Origin: a virus
Lineage: Duplodnaviria; Caudoviricetes
Direction: 5' to 3' (one strand)
IMG/VR virus record: IMGVR_UViG_3300028048_000085
Location: 1 to 64,000 of that record
Length of the DNA stretch: 64,000 bases
This document shows positions 9,611-19,668 of this stretch, piece by piece. Made by a program: the position numbers and the translations under genes. The notes under the pieces are model-generated. The model saw only the letters and a list, made by a program, of their open reading frames with translations, had not been told where the DNA came from and made no database searches. The first letter of the stretch is position 1; every line of letters begins with the position of its first letter.

Positions 9611-10712
9611 TTACCCTACGGTAATAAGCGGGCGAACGCCGCCGCCGCTGCTGTCGACGTTGGAGTAGTTGAGAGACCCACCACCATCGACAAGGCTGAA
9701 ACCGTAGTAGCTGTCGCTATTGCCGTTAAAGTATCCGTAGACGTCTCGCAGCCACCACCGATTATCAGTTTTACTAGCAACTTTACCGGTAGCGAAACCA
9801 GGTAACTGTGTAGTGTCATCTCCGGTGTCGTATGCGTTACCATAACTACTATTTACAGTACCAAATACTTGTTGTTGGCACATAAGGTTAGCACGCACTG
9901 AGTAGTAGCCGTTACCAGATGCCATATATCCTCTGGGTGATGTACCACTAGATGTAGCATTCGTCAATTTGACTCTACGTGTCAGTAAGTGATCGCCTAA
10001 TACGCTATTAAGATGCGTAACAACAGCTGGTATCATGGTAACATACATCGTATTACTATTAGCATAACCATGACAATCAGCATTACTACTGTGAATCATA
10101 CTTGTAGTAAGATTTATCTTTGGTATCAATGTGATGTGAGATCTAGTATTAGGTGTGTCACCCTTACCTAACTCTGTATCAAATCCCATAATATACCAAT
10201 CCTTATTGTATGTACCATCGTTAATCTTGATTACATTACCAACACGTAATCCGGTATTCTCTTTTGAGAAATATCCATCACCAAGTATATTATTATCAAC
10301 AAATGTATTTACATCTGCTAAGCTAGCAAATGTTGCAATAGTTGATCCATTACCATCTGTCATTGCATTCAGTTCTGCTGCAGTCCAACCGATCAACTTT
10401 GTATAGATAAATGGTACACTCATATTACCAGTAATTGTAAATGATTTGCTAGCCGGTGCACTATATCTAGTAACCTTTCCAAGATCTACAGTAACTTCAG
10501 CATTTGGCAATACATTGAAATCATAATTACCAGTTCCAGGAGCAGTTATACTCTGAGTTATTCTAGGGTATGTCTTTCCTTTATAATTTTGCTGCTCAGA
10601 AGTAACAGCTACAGAGAGATCACTTAATGAACCACCATCATCTGTACGGATATCAACAGTTAATGTTTTTCCAATACCCCCCCCCAATTAAACTCTGTAC
10701 TGTTGTAGCCAT
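9611..10712 (-). CDS. Putative DGR target protein with a C-terminal C-type-lectin-fold (WWLR...GVRP) domain; out of frame at a G9 tract as assembled
   Basis: ATG at 10712 with AGGAGG; MATTVQSLI-G9 runs into TGA, whereas G8 or G11 joins the 358-aa frame; GC-rich variable 3' end. Confidence 0.75.
9620..9766 (-). repeat. DGR-like variable region VR-A
   Basis: Aligns with 56570-56710; mismatches concentrated at positions 1-2 of NNC/NNT codons. Confidence 0.8.
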
Positions 10713-10723
10713 ATTATACCTCC

Positions 10724-11164
10724 TTAATAATTTAGATTAGATGCAGTGTGGACTTTGCCATCTGTTGTAGTAAACGAGGTTACTTTTACAGATGTGTAAT
10801 CAAAGCTTCCTATTCGCGGATCATATCCTGTTTTCGGTGTTGATATTTCCATTCTTGTATTTTCTCCATAACTCGACACGTCCAATGTGCCTGTAGACAT
10901 GGGCTGAATAACTACACTTTTTACCAATGCCGGACTTCGAACCAAAATTTCACATGGTGTATTTGCTTCAGTTTCTTCAAAAGTTATATTTTTAACTTCT
11001 GTAAGGTCTATCGTTCCGTCATTATAACTTTGACCCATTCCTATAATTAGTGGTTCAGTAACCCGCATTTTTTGCGATAACAATCCAATCAGCAACCGTT
11101 CTCCGCTTGTCAACCCTGATAAATCAACACCACTTCCACCGCCTGTCTGTACTGTTGCAGCCAT
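10724..11164 (-). CDS. Cassette-family protein without a homopolymer tract
   Basis: MAATVQTGGGSG (mixed Gly codons), LTSGERLLIGLL, ends FTTTDGKVHTASNLNY. Confidence 0.8.
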   Translation of the reverse strand: MAATVQTGGGSGVDLSGLTSGERLLIGLLSQKMRVTEPLIIGMGQSYNDGTIDLTEVKNITFEETEANTPCEILVRSPALVKSVVIQPMSTGTLDVSSYGENTRMEISTPKTGYDPRIGSFDYTSVKVTSFTTTDGKVHTASNLNY

Positions 11165-11172
11165 TTAATCAC

Positions 11173-11664
11173 CTACTTCTTTCTTACATAAAACATAATT
11201 GGAATATCTACAGTTGGTACTGTTCCTCTACAAGTTATAGTATTTCCGTTAGGATTTCCTACAACCATTGCTTCTCCCCATGCCTTTAATTGGCTTTCGT
11301 TACCTGTTGACTGTATCTGTTCTAAGTCATACTGTGCACTGGGGTATAGTGGCTCGAAACTATATACTCCACCACTCCATCCGCTAGCAACTAATGTGGT
11401 TGTTTTTAATGTTCTCTTGCTCTCTAACCCATTAATATTGGTATTAATATTACCAATTTCATCATCAATAGATAATGGCTCGAAATATGTTGTATTTGTT
11501 AATGGTATAGAACCATCTGTATCTTTAATACACTTATAACGGTGTATATCACTATCATAATAATAGTGACCAGCGATACAAGGGGTTCCCTCCACGTATC
11601 TATCTCCACCACCACCGACGATTGAAACACTCTTACTAATATTATTTAATACCTTAAGTCCCAT
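11173..11664 (-). CDS. Tail-fibre-associated protein
   Basis: C-terminal TL.AS.W...YSFE..YPS..Y...PTVDIPI domain shared with 11786..13513 and 15428..16939. Confidence 0.6.
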   Translation of the reverse strand: MGLKVLNNISKSVSIVGGGGDRYVEGTPCIAGHYYYDSDIHRYKCIKDTDGSIPLTNTTYFEPLSIDDEIGNINTNINGLESKRTLKTTTLVASGWSGGVYSFEPLYPSAQYDLEQIQSTGNESQLKAWGEAMVVGNPNGNTITCRGTVPTVDIPIMFYVRKK

Positions 11665-11785
11665 AATATTCTCCTTTCATTAATAATATGGATAATCGGG
11701 ATTTTATGTTTTTACAGTCTCAATTTATGCATATGTTCATTTTTAAACATTATGGAGGCGGCATGAGCCGCCTCCCAAATATTTT

Positions 11786-13513
11786 TTATTTAGCAGTAAC
11801 TCGTAAAATTACCGGTATATCTATTGTTGGCTGTTTTCCTCCAGCTCCAACATATATCGTATTTGATACAGAATCACCACATGGCATAGCGCTAGCCCAC
11901 GCCTTCATCTGCTCTTCTGTACATAAATAACTTGGATCTACAACAACATCATATTTTTCAGCAGAATAGATAGCCTCAAAATCATAAATATAGCGACCTT
12001 CTTTGACCGTCCACCCATCAGATGTCATAGTATAATCATATGCATACTCTTTATTTGCCTTTCCATCAACATTCATTGTTGATTCTGATAAAGATTGAAT
12101 ATGAATGATAACTGGAATATCAACATCTGGTGTTATTCCACCAGCACCAACGTATAAGGTGTTTGTACTAGTATCTCTCAAAATCTTTGCATTATTCCAA
12201 GCATTACTTTCGATCTTAGAACAGTTTCCAGGTTCCACAACAATATGGAATTTATCGCTAGGATATAGTTGTTCAAATTTATAAACCGAGTCCTCCCAGT
12301 TATCTGACTGCAGAGTCGATTCGATAACTTTCTCTCGATTCTGCTTCTTAGTAATATCATCAGTTTCTGTTAAGTCTTCTATATGAAGAATAACAGGAAT
12401 ATCAGTAGTAGGAACAGTTGCGCCAGCACCTACATAAATAGTATTGCTACTTGCACTACCTAAAATCATAGCATCTTCCCAAGCATCTAACTGCTCTTTT
12501 GTACAGATATTGAGAGGTTCTACTGTTACCATATATGTATCGTTTGGATATACAGTACTGAAATCATAACGATTAGCAGACCATGATGATGTTAATAATG
12601 TATAGCTGATACTCTTAGAGCGATTCCTCTTCTTCTTCACATCAATAACTTCTGTAATATCTTCCACATGGACGATAACGGGTATATCAATCTCTGGTAT
12701 TTCCCCATAAGATCCAACATGTATAGCATTGATATTGCGATCACCATATACACAAGCATTAGAGAATGCTTCTAATTGCTCAACTGTACAAGTGTGATTT
12801 GGTTCGATCTCAATAGAATATTTAGAAGATGGATACAGATCATCCAAATCATAAGTTCCATTTGAACTCCATTTAGAAGCTTCCAAAGTTATCTCATAAT
12901 GCTCCTCTTTGTTAGCTTTATTGATGATTATCTCATTGATGGTTCCTCGGTACTGATTTAAGAACTTAACCTCAGCAGATAAATTAACTAATAATTGTTT
13001 CATATTAGTAAAGACATTTATCATATTATTAGCAGGAATAATATTTCCCAAATATGCAGGATTGTTCTCAATATCTGTTTCTTCAGAACTATCTGTAAAT
13101 GGAATCGATGCTTTCCCTAGATTATTAACTCCACCACTAATATAATCCAATTCAGTGAATGTTTTCTTACCATCACCGACTTTTAATGCATACTCAGTAC
13201 TATCAAATACGATCTCACCATTACCTAAGACTGGATCTACTTCTTCCCACTCTTCGGTTGTTCCTTGTCGTAACCAAATATCATGAGAGATAGATACAGT
13301 ACCACCATATACACCACTAGCAGCAGATGCATCAAATGCGTATGCTAAATCCTTCCACTTTGTATTACCGTCACCTAATTTAAATTTACATAATCCAGTA
13401 CCTATTCCAGAGTCTGGAAACTCAATGCCCAATTCTCCTACCCGGAGTACCGGGTTCGTAGCTTCCCATTCCGTAGTAGTACTACGTCTAGGTCTTATTT
13501 TAGCAAAAGACAT
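11786..13513 (-). CDS. Tail-fibre-like protein: two hyaluronidase/Mtd-N-like modules plus four ~95-aa repeated domains
   Basis: WEATNPVLRVGELGIE...KFKLGDG motif twice; four repeats ending IDIPVIxHV-like. Confidence 0.7.
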   Translation of the reverse strand: MSFAKIRPRRSTTTEWEATNPVLRVGELGIEFPDSGIGTGLCKFKLGDGNTKWKDLAYAFDASAASGVYGGTVSISHDIWLRQGTTEEWEEVDPVLGNGEIVFDSTEYALKVGDGKKTFTELDYISGGVNNLGKASIPFTDSSEETDIENNPAYLGNIIPANNMINVFTNMKQLLVNLSAEVKFLNQYRGTINEIIINKANKEEHYEITLEASKWSSNGTYDLDDLYPSSKYSIEIEPNHTCTVEQLEAFSNACVYGDRNINAIHVGSYGEIPEIDIPVIVHVEDITEVIDVKKKRNRSKSISYTLLTSSWSANRYDFSTVYPNDTYMVTVEPLNICTKEQLDAWEDAMILGSASSNTIYVGAGATVPTTDIPVILHIEDLTETDDITKKQNREKVIESTLQSDNWEDSVYKFEQLYPSDKFHIVVEPGNCSKIESNAWNNAKILRDTSTNTLYVGAGGITPDVDIPVIIHIQSLSESTMNVDGKANKEYAYDYTMTSDGWTVKEGRYIYDFEAIYSAEKYDVVVDPSYLCTEEQMKAWASAMPCGDSVSNTIYVGAGGKQPTIDIPVILRVTAK

Positions 13514-13582
13514 GAGGTTTGATCCTCCTTTCGATTGAAAATCACTTAATTTATATAGATGTTTTTAATGATCCTATAGTTG

Positions 13583-14137
13583 TTATTCACCAGAATTGTT
13601 ATTATTTGTTGGTGGTGTTGTATTACCAGATTCACCACCAGCAGACTGGTTATTGGTATCTCCTGACGGAGTAGTATTGTCTGTTGATGGTGTTGTGTTA
13701 TCAGATGATTCATTTGTAGATTGGTTATTAGTATCTGACGGTGTGGTATTATTTGTTGGTGGTGTTGTATTACCAGATTCACCACCAGCAGACTGGTTAT
13801 TGGTATCTCCTGACGGAGTAGTATTGTCTGTTGACGGTGTGGTATTATTTGTTGGTGGTGTTGTATTACCAGATTCACCACCAGCAGACTGGTTATTGGT
13901 ATCTCCTGACGGAGTAGTATTGTCTGTTGGATTCTCTGTAGGATCTGTATTATGATTTTCGGGAGTAGGATCAACAACTGGATCAGTTGGTGTATCTGTA
14001 TTTGTGGTAGGTTCAGGATCAGGAGTTGGTTCCGGATCTGGTTCAGGTGTAGGAGTAGGATCTTCAATCTTCTCAACCTCTACAATATATTCATTTGTAT
14101 CAGATTTCTCTAATTTTACCTTGTACTTGTCAGCCAT
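13583..14137 (-). CDS. Pro/Thr/Asn-rich low-complexity protein
   Basis: ATG ORF in the structural operon; PEPDPEP and TTPS repeats. Confidence 0.65.
   Translation of the reverse strand: MADKYKVKLEKSDTNEYIVEVEKIEDPTPTPEPDPEPTPDPEPTTNTDTPTDPVVDPTPENHNTDPTENPTDNTTPSGDTNNQSAGGESGNTTPPTNNTTPSTDNTTPSGDTNNQSAGGESGNTTPPTNNTTPSDTNNQSTNESSDNTTPSTDNTTPSGDTNNQSAGGESGNTTPPTNNNNSGE
13598..13930 (-). repeat. Coding direct repeat, 96-bp (32-aa) unit, three copies
   Basis: GACTGGTTATTGGTATCTCC at 13644, 13791 and 13887. Confidence 0.9.
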
Positions 14138-14141
14138 AGTA

Positions 14142-15278
14142 TTACTCTCCTTTGCTTATTTGCTCTATGATTGATGTAATAATAGCAGAAACTTCATCTT
14201 CTGTTAATTCTCTATCTTCGGATTCTAATACCTTCATCATAACACCAGTTACGATAGCAGCAATTTGCTCTTGCTCTAACTCTTTCAACTTCTCAATCTG
14301 ATTCATCAGATAAGTAGTTGTAGATTCTACAGCATCAGAAACCTTTCTGTCATAATATAATTGTATATCTCTCTCTGCGTCTCGAATGCTATCATCACTA
14401 TATTGCTTCAAATTCTCTTCATCGGTCTCTAGTCTATAAACCAATGTCTCATAATTATTGATAGCTTCTAATACATCTTGATATGATTTTCTAAGAACTT
14501 GATCAACTTCTCTCTTAACAAAATCATCAATCTGTTGACCAGTAATTCTACCAATCTCTGCATCAATATCATCTAATGTATTCTTTATATACTCTTTAAA
14601 CATTTGCATCGTAGCTTCCCACGATTTAAACTGTTTAATTGATACTAGCTTTGATGCGTTTAGATAGATACCATCTTTTTCCAATGTAATACTATTGGTT
14701 TTATCCTGAGAAATTTTGGCATCTGCAGATATTCTAAAATCATCAACAGATGTCTTTATACTCGGTCCATCATATCCTGTAAAACTATCGGTAAAATTAC
14801 CATATGTTTCACTATCGCCAGCAATTCGGAACTTTTCTTCTTCTGTATCATACTTGATAACTGTATTATTATCAATTACAATATCATTTGGTAATGATAT
14901 AGATAATGTGTAACTACCATTCTGATATGGTAGCACTAATGTTCGATTCTGTTTATCCAGATAGCGGTGCTTTGCATTTACAAAATACATCGTTCCGGCT
15001 TTCCTCAACAGATTAATCTCAGATGCATCTTCAATCGTTCCTAATGTCTTAATATCAAAATCAACGTATGACTGAACCGTCCCATCCAACAAGATATATA
15101 TCATATCAGGTACTGGATTATCTGGCATAGATTCAGCAATAGAAAAATTATCGGTATACAGTGACTGTCCCACATATAGATCAAGAGAATCATATGCAAA
15201 ATACATATATGACAAGTCCATATCCGAAACATCTGGTATTTCCTCAGACAAGCATACCTTTAACCTAAATTCCGCCAT
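14142..15278 (-). CDS. Hypothetical virion structural protein with a coiled-coil C-terminus
   Basis: Long ORF within the tail gene cluster. Confidence 0.55.
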   Translation of the reverse strand: MAEFRLKVCLSEEIPDVSDMDLSYMYFAYDSLDLYVGQSLYTDNFSIAESMPDNPVPDMIYILLDGTVQSYVDFDIKTLGTIEDASEINLLRKAGTMYFVNAKHRYLDKQNRTLVLPYQNGSYTLSISLPNDIVIDNNTVIKYDTEEEKFRIAGDSETYGNFTDSFTGYDGPSIKTSVDDFRISADAKISQDKTNSITLEKDGIYLNASKLVSIKQFKSWEATMQMFKEYIKNTLDDIDAEIGRITGQQIDDFVKREVDQVLRKSYQDVLEAINNYETLVYRLETDEENLKQYSDDSIRDAERDIQLYYDRKVSDAVESTTTYLMNQIEKLKELEQEQIAAIVTGVMMKVLESEDRELTEDEVSAIITSIIEQISKGE

Positions 15279-15427
15279 GTCTACTTACCCATCCTCTCTT
15301 TATTAGTTTATATAGTGCTAAAACAGCCATTATTAATATGATGTTTTGCGAATTAAGAACAAATATAGAGATCCCTAGACTACGGAATAGTCTAGGGATT
15401 TACACTCTATATTGTCTCAATCATAAA

Positions 15428-16939
15428 TTATTTCTCAGAGTAATGAATAATTACAGGAATATCGATTGTTGGAATTGTTCCACCTGCGCCAACATGGAGA
15501 CTATTAGCTGCTGCATCACCACAAAGCATAGCAGCACCCCAAGCTTTCATCTGAGCTGCTGTACATGTATAGTTTGGTTCGATTGAGATGTTATAACTAG
15601 CAACAGGATATGTACTCTCAAAAGAATATACACCAGAAGACCAGTTTGCAGCTACTAGAGTTGTAGTTGTAGTAGATTCTGCTGATACCTTGATTTCATA
15701 TTCAGTAGATGTACCATCTCCCTTTGCAACAGTAAGCGTGCTATCAGCAAATGATACACCAGTGACAGTACCATTCTTAGCTGTTGTAATAGCAGCACCA
15801 ATAGCAGCCTGTGTCATAGAACCATCTGTAGCTGAACCAGATGTACTATACAACTTAGCTACACCAGCAGCAGTACCACTAGCAGATTGAATTGTTAAAT
15901 CAGTAGATGTACCATCACCCTTTGTAACAGTGAATGTGTTACCAGACTGTGTTACACCTGTGACAGTACCATTCTTAGCTGTTGTGATAGCACTATCAAC
16001 CTCTGTCTTATTGTAATAATTGGAGAGATCAGTCTTGGTTGTACCAATAATCTCCCATGCACCACTCATAACAACATACTCATCACATATATTATCATCT
16101 GTACTATCAGCGGTTGGAACAAAATAGATTGTGTGATCACTAGCTTCAGCTACAGCTGGAAGTTCATTAACCTTGACCATATCGAAACTATTAATCTGTC
16201 CAATCTTAGCCTCAAGATTTGTCTTAAGAGTAGATAATGCTGAAGTAATAGCACCCTGAGTCATAGTACCATCAGTACCTTCACCACTAGCACCATAAAG
16301 CTTCATGATACCAGCAATAGCAGATGTAGCACCAGGAACAGTATAAGTTGTATCTTGACCTGCCTTAGTTACAGTAAGTGTCGCACCAGACATAGATACA
16401 GAAGATACCACACCATCACTAGTGACAGCTAATGCACTATCGATTTCACTCTTAGTATATGTCTCAGACTTTGTATAATGATTGTTGTCCACTGTAGATA
16501 ATGCTGAAGTAATAGCACCCTGAGTCATAGTACCATCGGTAGCTGAACCAGATGTGTTATATAACTTAGCTACACCAGCAAGTGCTGATGTTGCCTCATT
16601 AAGTGCAAACTCAGACTTATCATTCAAACCATTAGTAACTACAATCTTACCTTCAGCAAATCCAACGGATGCAATATAACTAGTAAGATTTTTACCATTC
16701 TCATCCTTGGTAGCTTTTACGGCATGTTCAACATTTGTAACATCACTAGTTACACCACCAGCGAAATATGGAAGTTCGCTATATTCTGTTACACCATCAC
16801 CCATCTTAATTTTGCCGGAACCAGTTCCAACACCACTATCAGGGGTCTCAAAGAAAATCTCGCCCTCTTGAAGAACGACATTGTTATTTATAGCGGAAGC
16901 ACGCATACCTCGACGTGGTCTTAAATAACCTGCTGCCAT
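15428..16939 (-). CDS. Tail-fibre protein
   Basis: Mtd-N-like VLQEGEIFFE...KIKMGDG; repeated AGVAKLY...DGTMTQ.AI fibre motifs. Confidence 0.75.
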   Translation of the reverse strand: MAAGYLRPRRGMRASAINNNVVLQEGEIFFETPDSGVGTGSGKIKMGDGVTEYSELPYFAGGVTSDVTNVEHAVKATKDENGKNLTSYIASVGFAEGKIVVTNGLNDKSEFALNEATSALAGVAKLYNTSGSATDGTMTQGAITSALSTVDNNHYTKSETYTKSEIDSALAVTSDGVVSSVSMSGATLTVTKAGQDTTYTVPGATSAIAGIMKLYGASGEGTDGTMTQGAITSALSTLKTNLEAKIGQINSFDMVKVNELPAVAEASDHTIYFVPTADSTDDNICDEYVVMSGAWEIIGTTKTDLSNYYNKTEVDSAITTAKNGTVTGVTQSGNTFTVTKGDGTSTDLTIQSASGTAAGVAKLYSTSGSATDGSMTQAAIGAAITTAKNGTVTGVSFADSTLTVAKGDGTSTEYEIKVSAESTTTTTLVAANWSSGVYSFESTYPVASYNISIEPNYTCTAAQMKAWGAAMLCGDAAANSLHVGAGGTIPTIDIPVIIHYSEK

Positions 16940-16957
16940 TGTATTTCCTCCTTATCA

Positions 16958-17593
16958 TTAACTTGTTATAACATTAGCAACGACATCTTCATTACCATAA
17001 TCTAAATCTACTACATCTTGAATGTAAGAAGCAGATGTACCATCGTCCTCACTACCCATATCGAATGCATCTTCTTCACCAAAGTCATCATTTCTGACTC
17101 CTATATAATCTAGTGTACTATATGTTTTTGTACCATCTCCAACCTTGAATGCATTCATGGTTGAATCATATACAATTTCTCCTAGATGTAAAATAGGATT
17201 AGCTTTACCCCACTCAGGAGTCGTACCAGTTCTTAATGACAATGTATGATAATTAGAAACATTACCACCAATAAAATCACCAACACTTGACAGATCAATC
17301 CATCGATTTGTATAAGTATACAAATGATTCGTATCTGATGCAATATAAATTTTAGGTAATGGAGCTACAATGGATTCGATTTCATCTGCGGTGAGCCCCC
17401 TAATAAAATCAGAGATCTCAATACGTGACACACTTGTTGTATCACTCATTTCTGTACCAGGATCACTAATATCTACTAATAATCTATGAGTATCTTTTGT
17501 AATCCTGATCTTTCCATTTTCTAATGGTAGATTAGATAATGAGGAATCGTAGCCTCTTGTAAATATCTGAAGATATTTTTCAGAATCAGCCAT
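16958..17593 (-). CDS. Tail-fibre-associated protein with an Mtd-N-like module
   Basis: WGKANPILHLGEIVYD...FKVGDG. Confidence 0.6.
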   Translation of the reverse strand: MADSEKYLQIFTRGYDSSLSNLPLENGKIRITKDTHRLLVDISDPGTEMSDTTSVSRIEISDFIRGLTADEIESIVAPLPKIYIASDTNHLYTYTNRWIDLSSVGDFIGGNVSNYHTLSLRTGTTPEWGKANPILHLGEIVYDSTMNAFKVGDGTKTYSTLDYIGVRNDDFGEEDAFDMGSEDDGTSASYIQDVVDLDYGNEDVVANVITS

Positions 17594-17683
17594 CAAAGAA
17601 TTCCTCCTTATTCATTAAAAATAAAACCGGGAGGGAGTTTCCTCCCTCCCAGTCTCACGGTTTAATTAGATTCTAATAGGATA

Positions 17684-18820
17684 TTAGAAAGAACCCCAAG
17701 CTGTTGTAGCAGTAGCAAGAGCAGCAAGATTTCCATCAGTTGCAGTTGCCTGAGCTTCTACAGCATCAATACGACCATCCTGAGCCTGATCCTTGACAAG
17801 CTGTGTAGCAGCAGCATCAGCGATAGCCTTAGCAACAGATCCTTCTGTATTAACATCACCGTTCAATACATCAATCTTACCCTTATTCTCCTTGGAGAGA
17901 GCATCAGCAGCATCAGCTGTGGTCTTGATACCATCGATCTGACCCTGAAGATCTGTAATATCAGTATTCTTAGCATAAGCAGAAAGGTCGAGGAATAATC
18001 CACCCTTAACACCCTCTACATCATCAACGATTGAAAGTGCATTCTTCTCATTAACAGCAAGCTTAACTGCTGCACTGATCTTGTTATCTGCACCAACTGT
18101 AACATTAACAGAAGCTGTCTCATTACCTGTGTATTCATCTACAAGATCACCTACTGGAATATGAAGCTCTGTTGGAGCCTTAGAAGAACCCTCATCACCA
18201 TCATTGAGATACAGAACAATCTCTCGATTCTCAACGTCATAATGGTTATTAGCAGCTGGATCGAGGAACATATCCTTACCGATATTAACTTCAACAGACT
18301 CTTTTCCAGATACAGGAAGTGTCAGCTTACGCAGTGCTGCATCCCAAGTTGGAGTTGTAACAACACCACCAATAGTAACATCAGATGTGGATCCATCCTT
18401 CTTAGTAACTGTGATTGTAGCATCTGTACCAGCCTTGGCAGCAACAGACTTAACAGTATCAGGAGAAGCTTCAACATCAGCAATAGCACCTGTTACAAAA
18501 TCATAAACAGACTTAGCTGTTGGAAGATGATTGTCATCAGAAGTTGCATCAATTGTTGTAACCTCTGGACGAGAAAGAACCTGCCAAGCAGAGTTAACCC
18601 ATGCCTGAAGTGTACCAGTCTCGGTAACATAATAGATCTTACCAGATACTGGAGTTGCTGGAGCAGTAGCAACTACGACGATAGACTCAGTGAAATCCTG
18701 AGTTCCCTTGTAAATCTTACCTTTGTCGGTAAAATAAAGAACGTTTGCATCCTTGGTCTCGAGTGTGACATAAGCGGCCTGAGTACCATACTTAAGAATG
18801 CTAGTATAAGTATTAGCCAT
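17684..18820 (-). CDS. Putative fibre/structural protein
   Basis: Ala/Thr/Val-rich, GSVAKAIADA motif, WGSF terminus, strong RBS. Confidence 0.55.
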   Translation of the reverse strand: MANTYTSILKYGTQAAYVTLETKDANVLYFTDKGKIYKGTQDFTESIVVVATAPATPVSGKIYYVTETGTLQAWVNSAWQVLSRPEVTTIDATSDDNHLPTAKSVYDFVTGAIADVEASPDTVKSVAAKAGTDATITVTKKDGSTSDVTIGGVVTTPTWDAALRKLTLPVSGKESVEVNIGKDMFLDPAANNHYDVENREIVLYLNDGDEGSSKAPTELHIPVGDLVDEYTGNETASVNVTVGADNKISAAVKLAVNEKNALSIVDDVEGVKGGLFLDLSAYAKNTDITDLQGQIDGIKTTADAADALSKENKGKIDVLNGDVNTEGSVAKAIADAAATQLVKDQAQDGRIDAVEAQATATDGNLAALATATTAWGSF

Positions 18821-18920
18821 TTTTGTGTCCTCCTTAATGTTTGGAATTTAGATAGTACTTAGACGTACTACAGTATATGTGGGAGATATGTTGTACGTCT
18901 TAATTTATAATAATGTTTGC

Positions 18921-19655
18921 TTAAAAAGTTCCCCAAGATGCTGTCTGCATTGCATGAACATACTCTTCTTCAGTTCCTTCATTTCCCTGATCTAACCATA
19001 CTTCATATGCAGATTTACCAACTAAAGATGCTAAGAATTCATCTTCTGTCCCCTCATGGTCATGTTGCAACCAAATCTGGTAAGCAGATTTACCTGTAAT
19101 GTCTTTAATAAAGTCAGCTTCTGATCCAGTGTTGCCTAAATCTAACCATATTTCATATGCAGATTTGCCAACTAAAGAATTCAAGTAATCCGTAACAGTA
19201 CCCTCATTACCGTTATCTAACCAAACTTGATAAGCAGATCTACCATCTTTACCTTTTGCCCCCTGAATAGAGTTTACAAAATCTACAACAGTACCTTCAT
19301 TACCTAACGATAACCAGATCTCATAAGTAGATTTACCCTGAGGACCAATCAGAGAGGTTAAGAAATCATCAATCGTTCCCTTATTACCTTCATCCATCCA
19401 AATCTGATAAGCAGACTTACCATCTTTTGGCTTAGATTGATCACCAATATATGGTAATAGATTATATCTGGTTACGCCGTCACCAACCTTCAACTTCTGA
19501 GTATCATACTCATATGCTGGCTGACCATTCAAAAGAAGAAGGTTAGCTTTGCGTAATGCTCTGGCGGTACCTCGTTTAAATTGTAATGGCGTTTTCTTAA
19601 CTGTTGCATTTGGATCATATCCTTGGTTTGGAATTGCCATTAAATATACCTCCAA
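18921..19655 (-). CDS. Fibre-like protein with an Mtd-N-like module and six GKSAY(E/Q)xW repeats
   Basis: KLKVGDG; ~25-aa GKSAYxxWLxxGNxGT repeats. Confidence 0.7.
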   Translation of the reverse strand: MEVYLMAIPNQGYDPNATVKKTPLQFKRGTARALRKANLLLLNGQPAYEYDTQKLKVGDGVTRYNLLPYIGDQSKPKDGKSAYQIWMDEGNKGTIDDFLTSLIGPQGKSTYEIWLSLGNEGTVVDFVNSIQGAKGKDGRSAYQVWLDNGNEGTVTDYLNSLVGKSAYEIWLDLGNTGSEADFIKDITGKSAYQIWLQHDHEGTEDEFLASLVGKSAYEVWLDQGNEGTEEEYVHAMQTASWGTF

Positions 19656-19668
19656 AACTAAATTATTG

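Noticed and set aside
13546-14076. Alternative-frame and antisense ORFs over the 96-bp repeat (13546..14076, 13596..13955)
   Set aside because: Shadows of the low-complexity gene 13583..14137, which has the ATG and operon context
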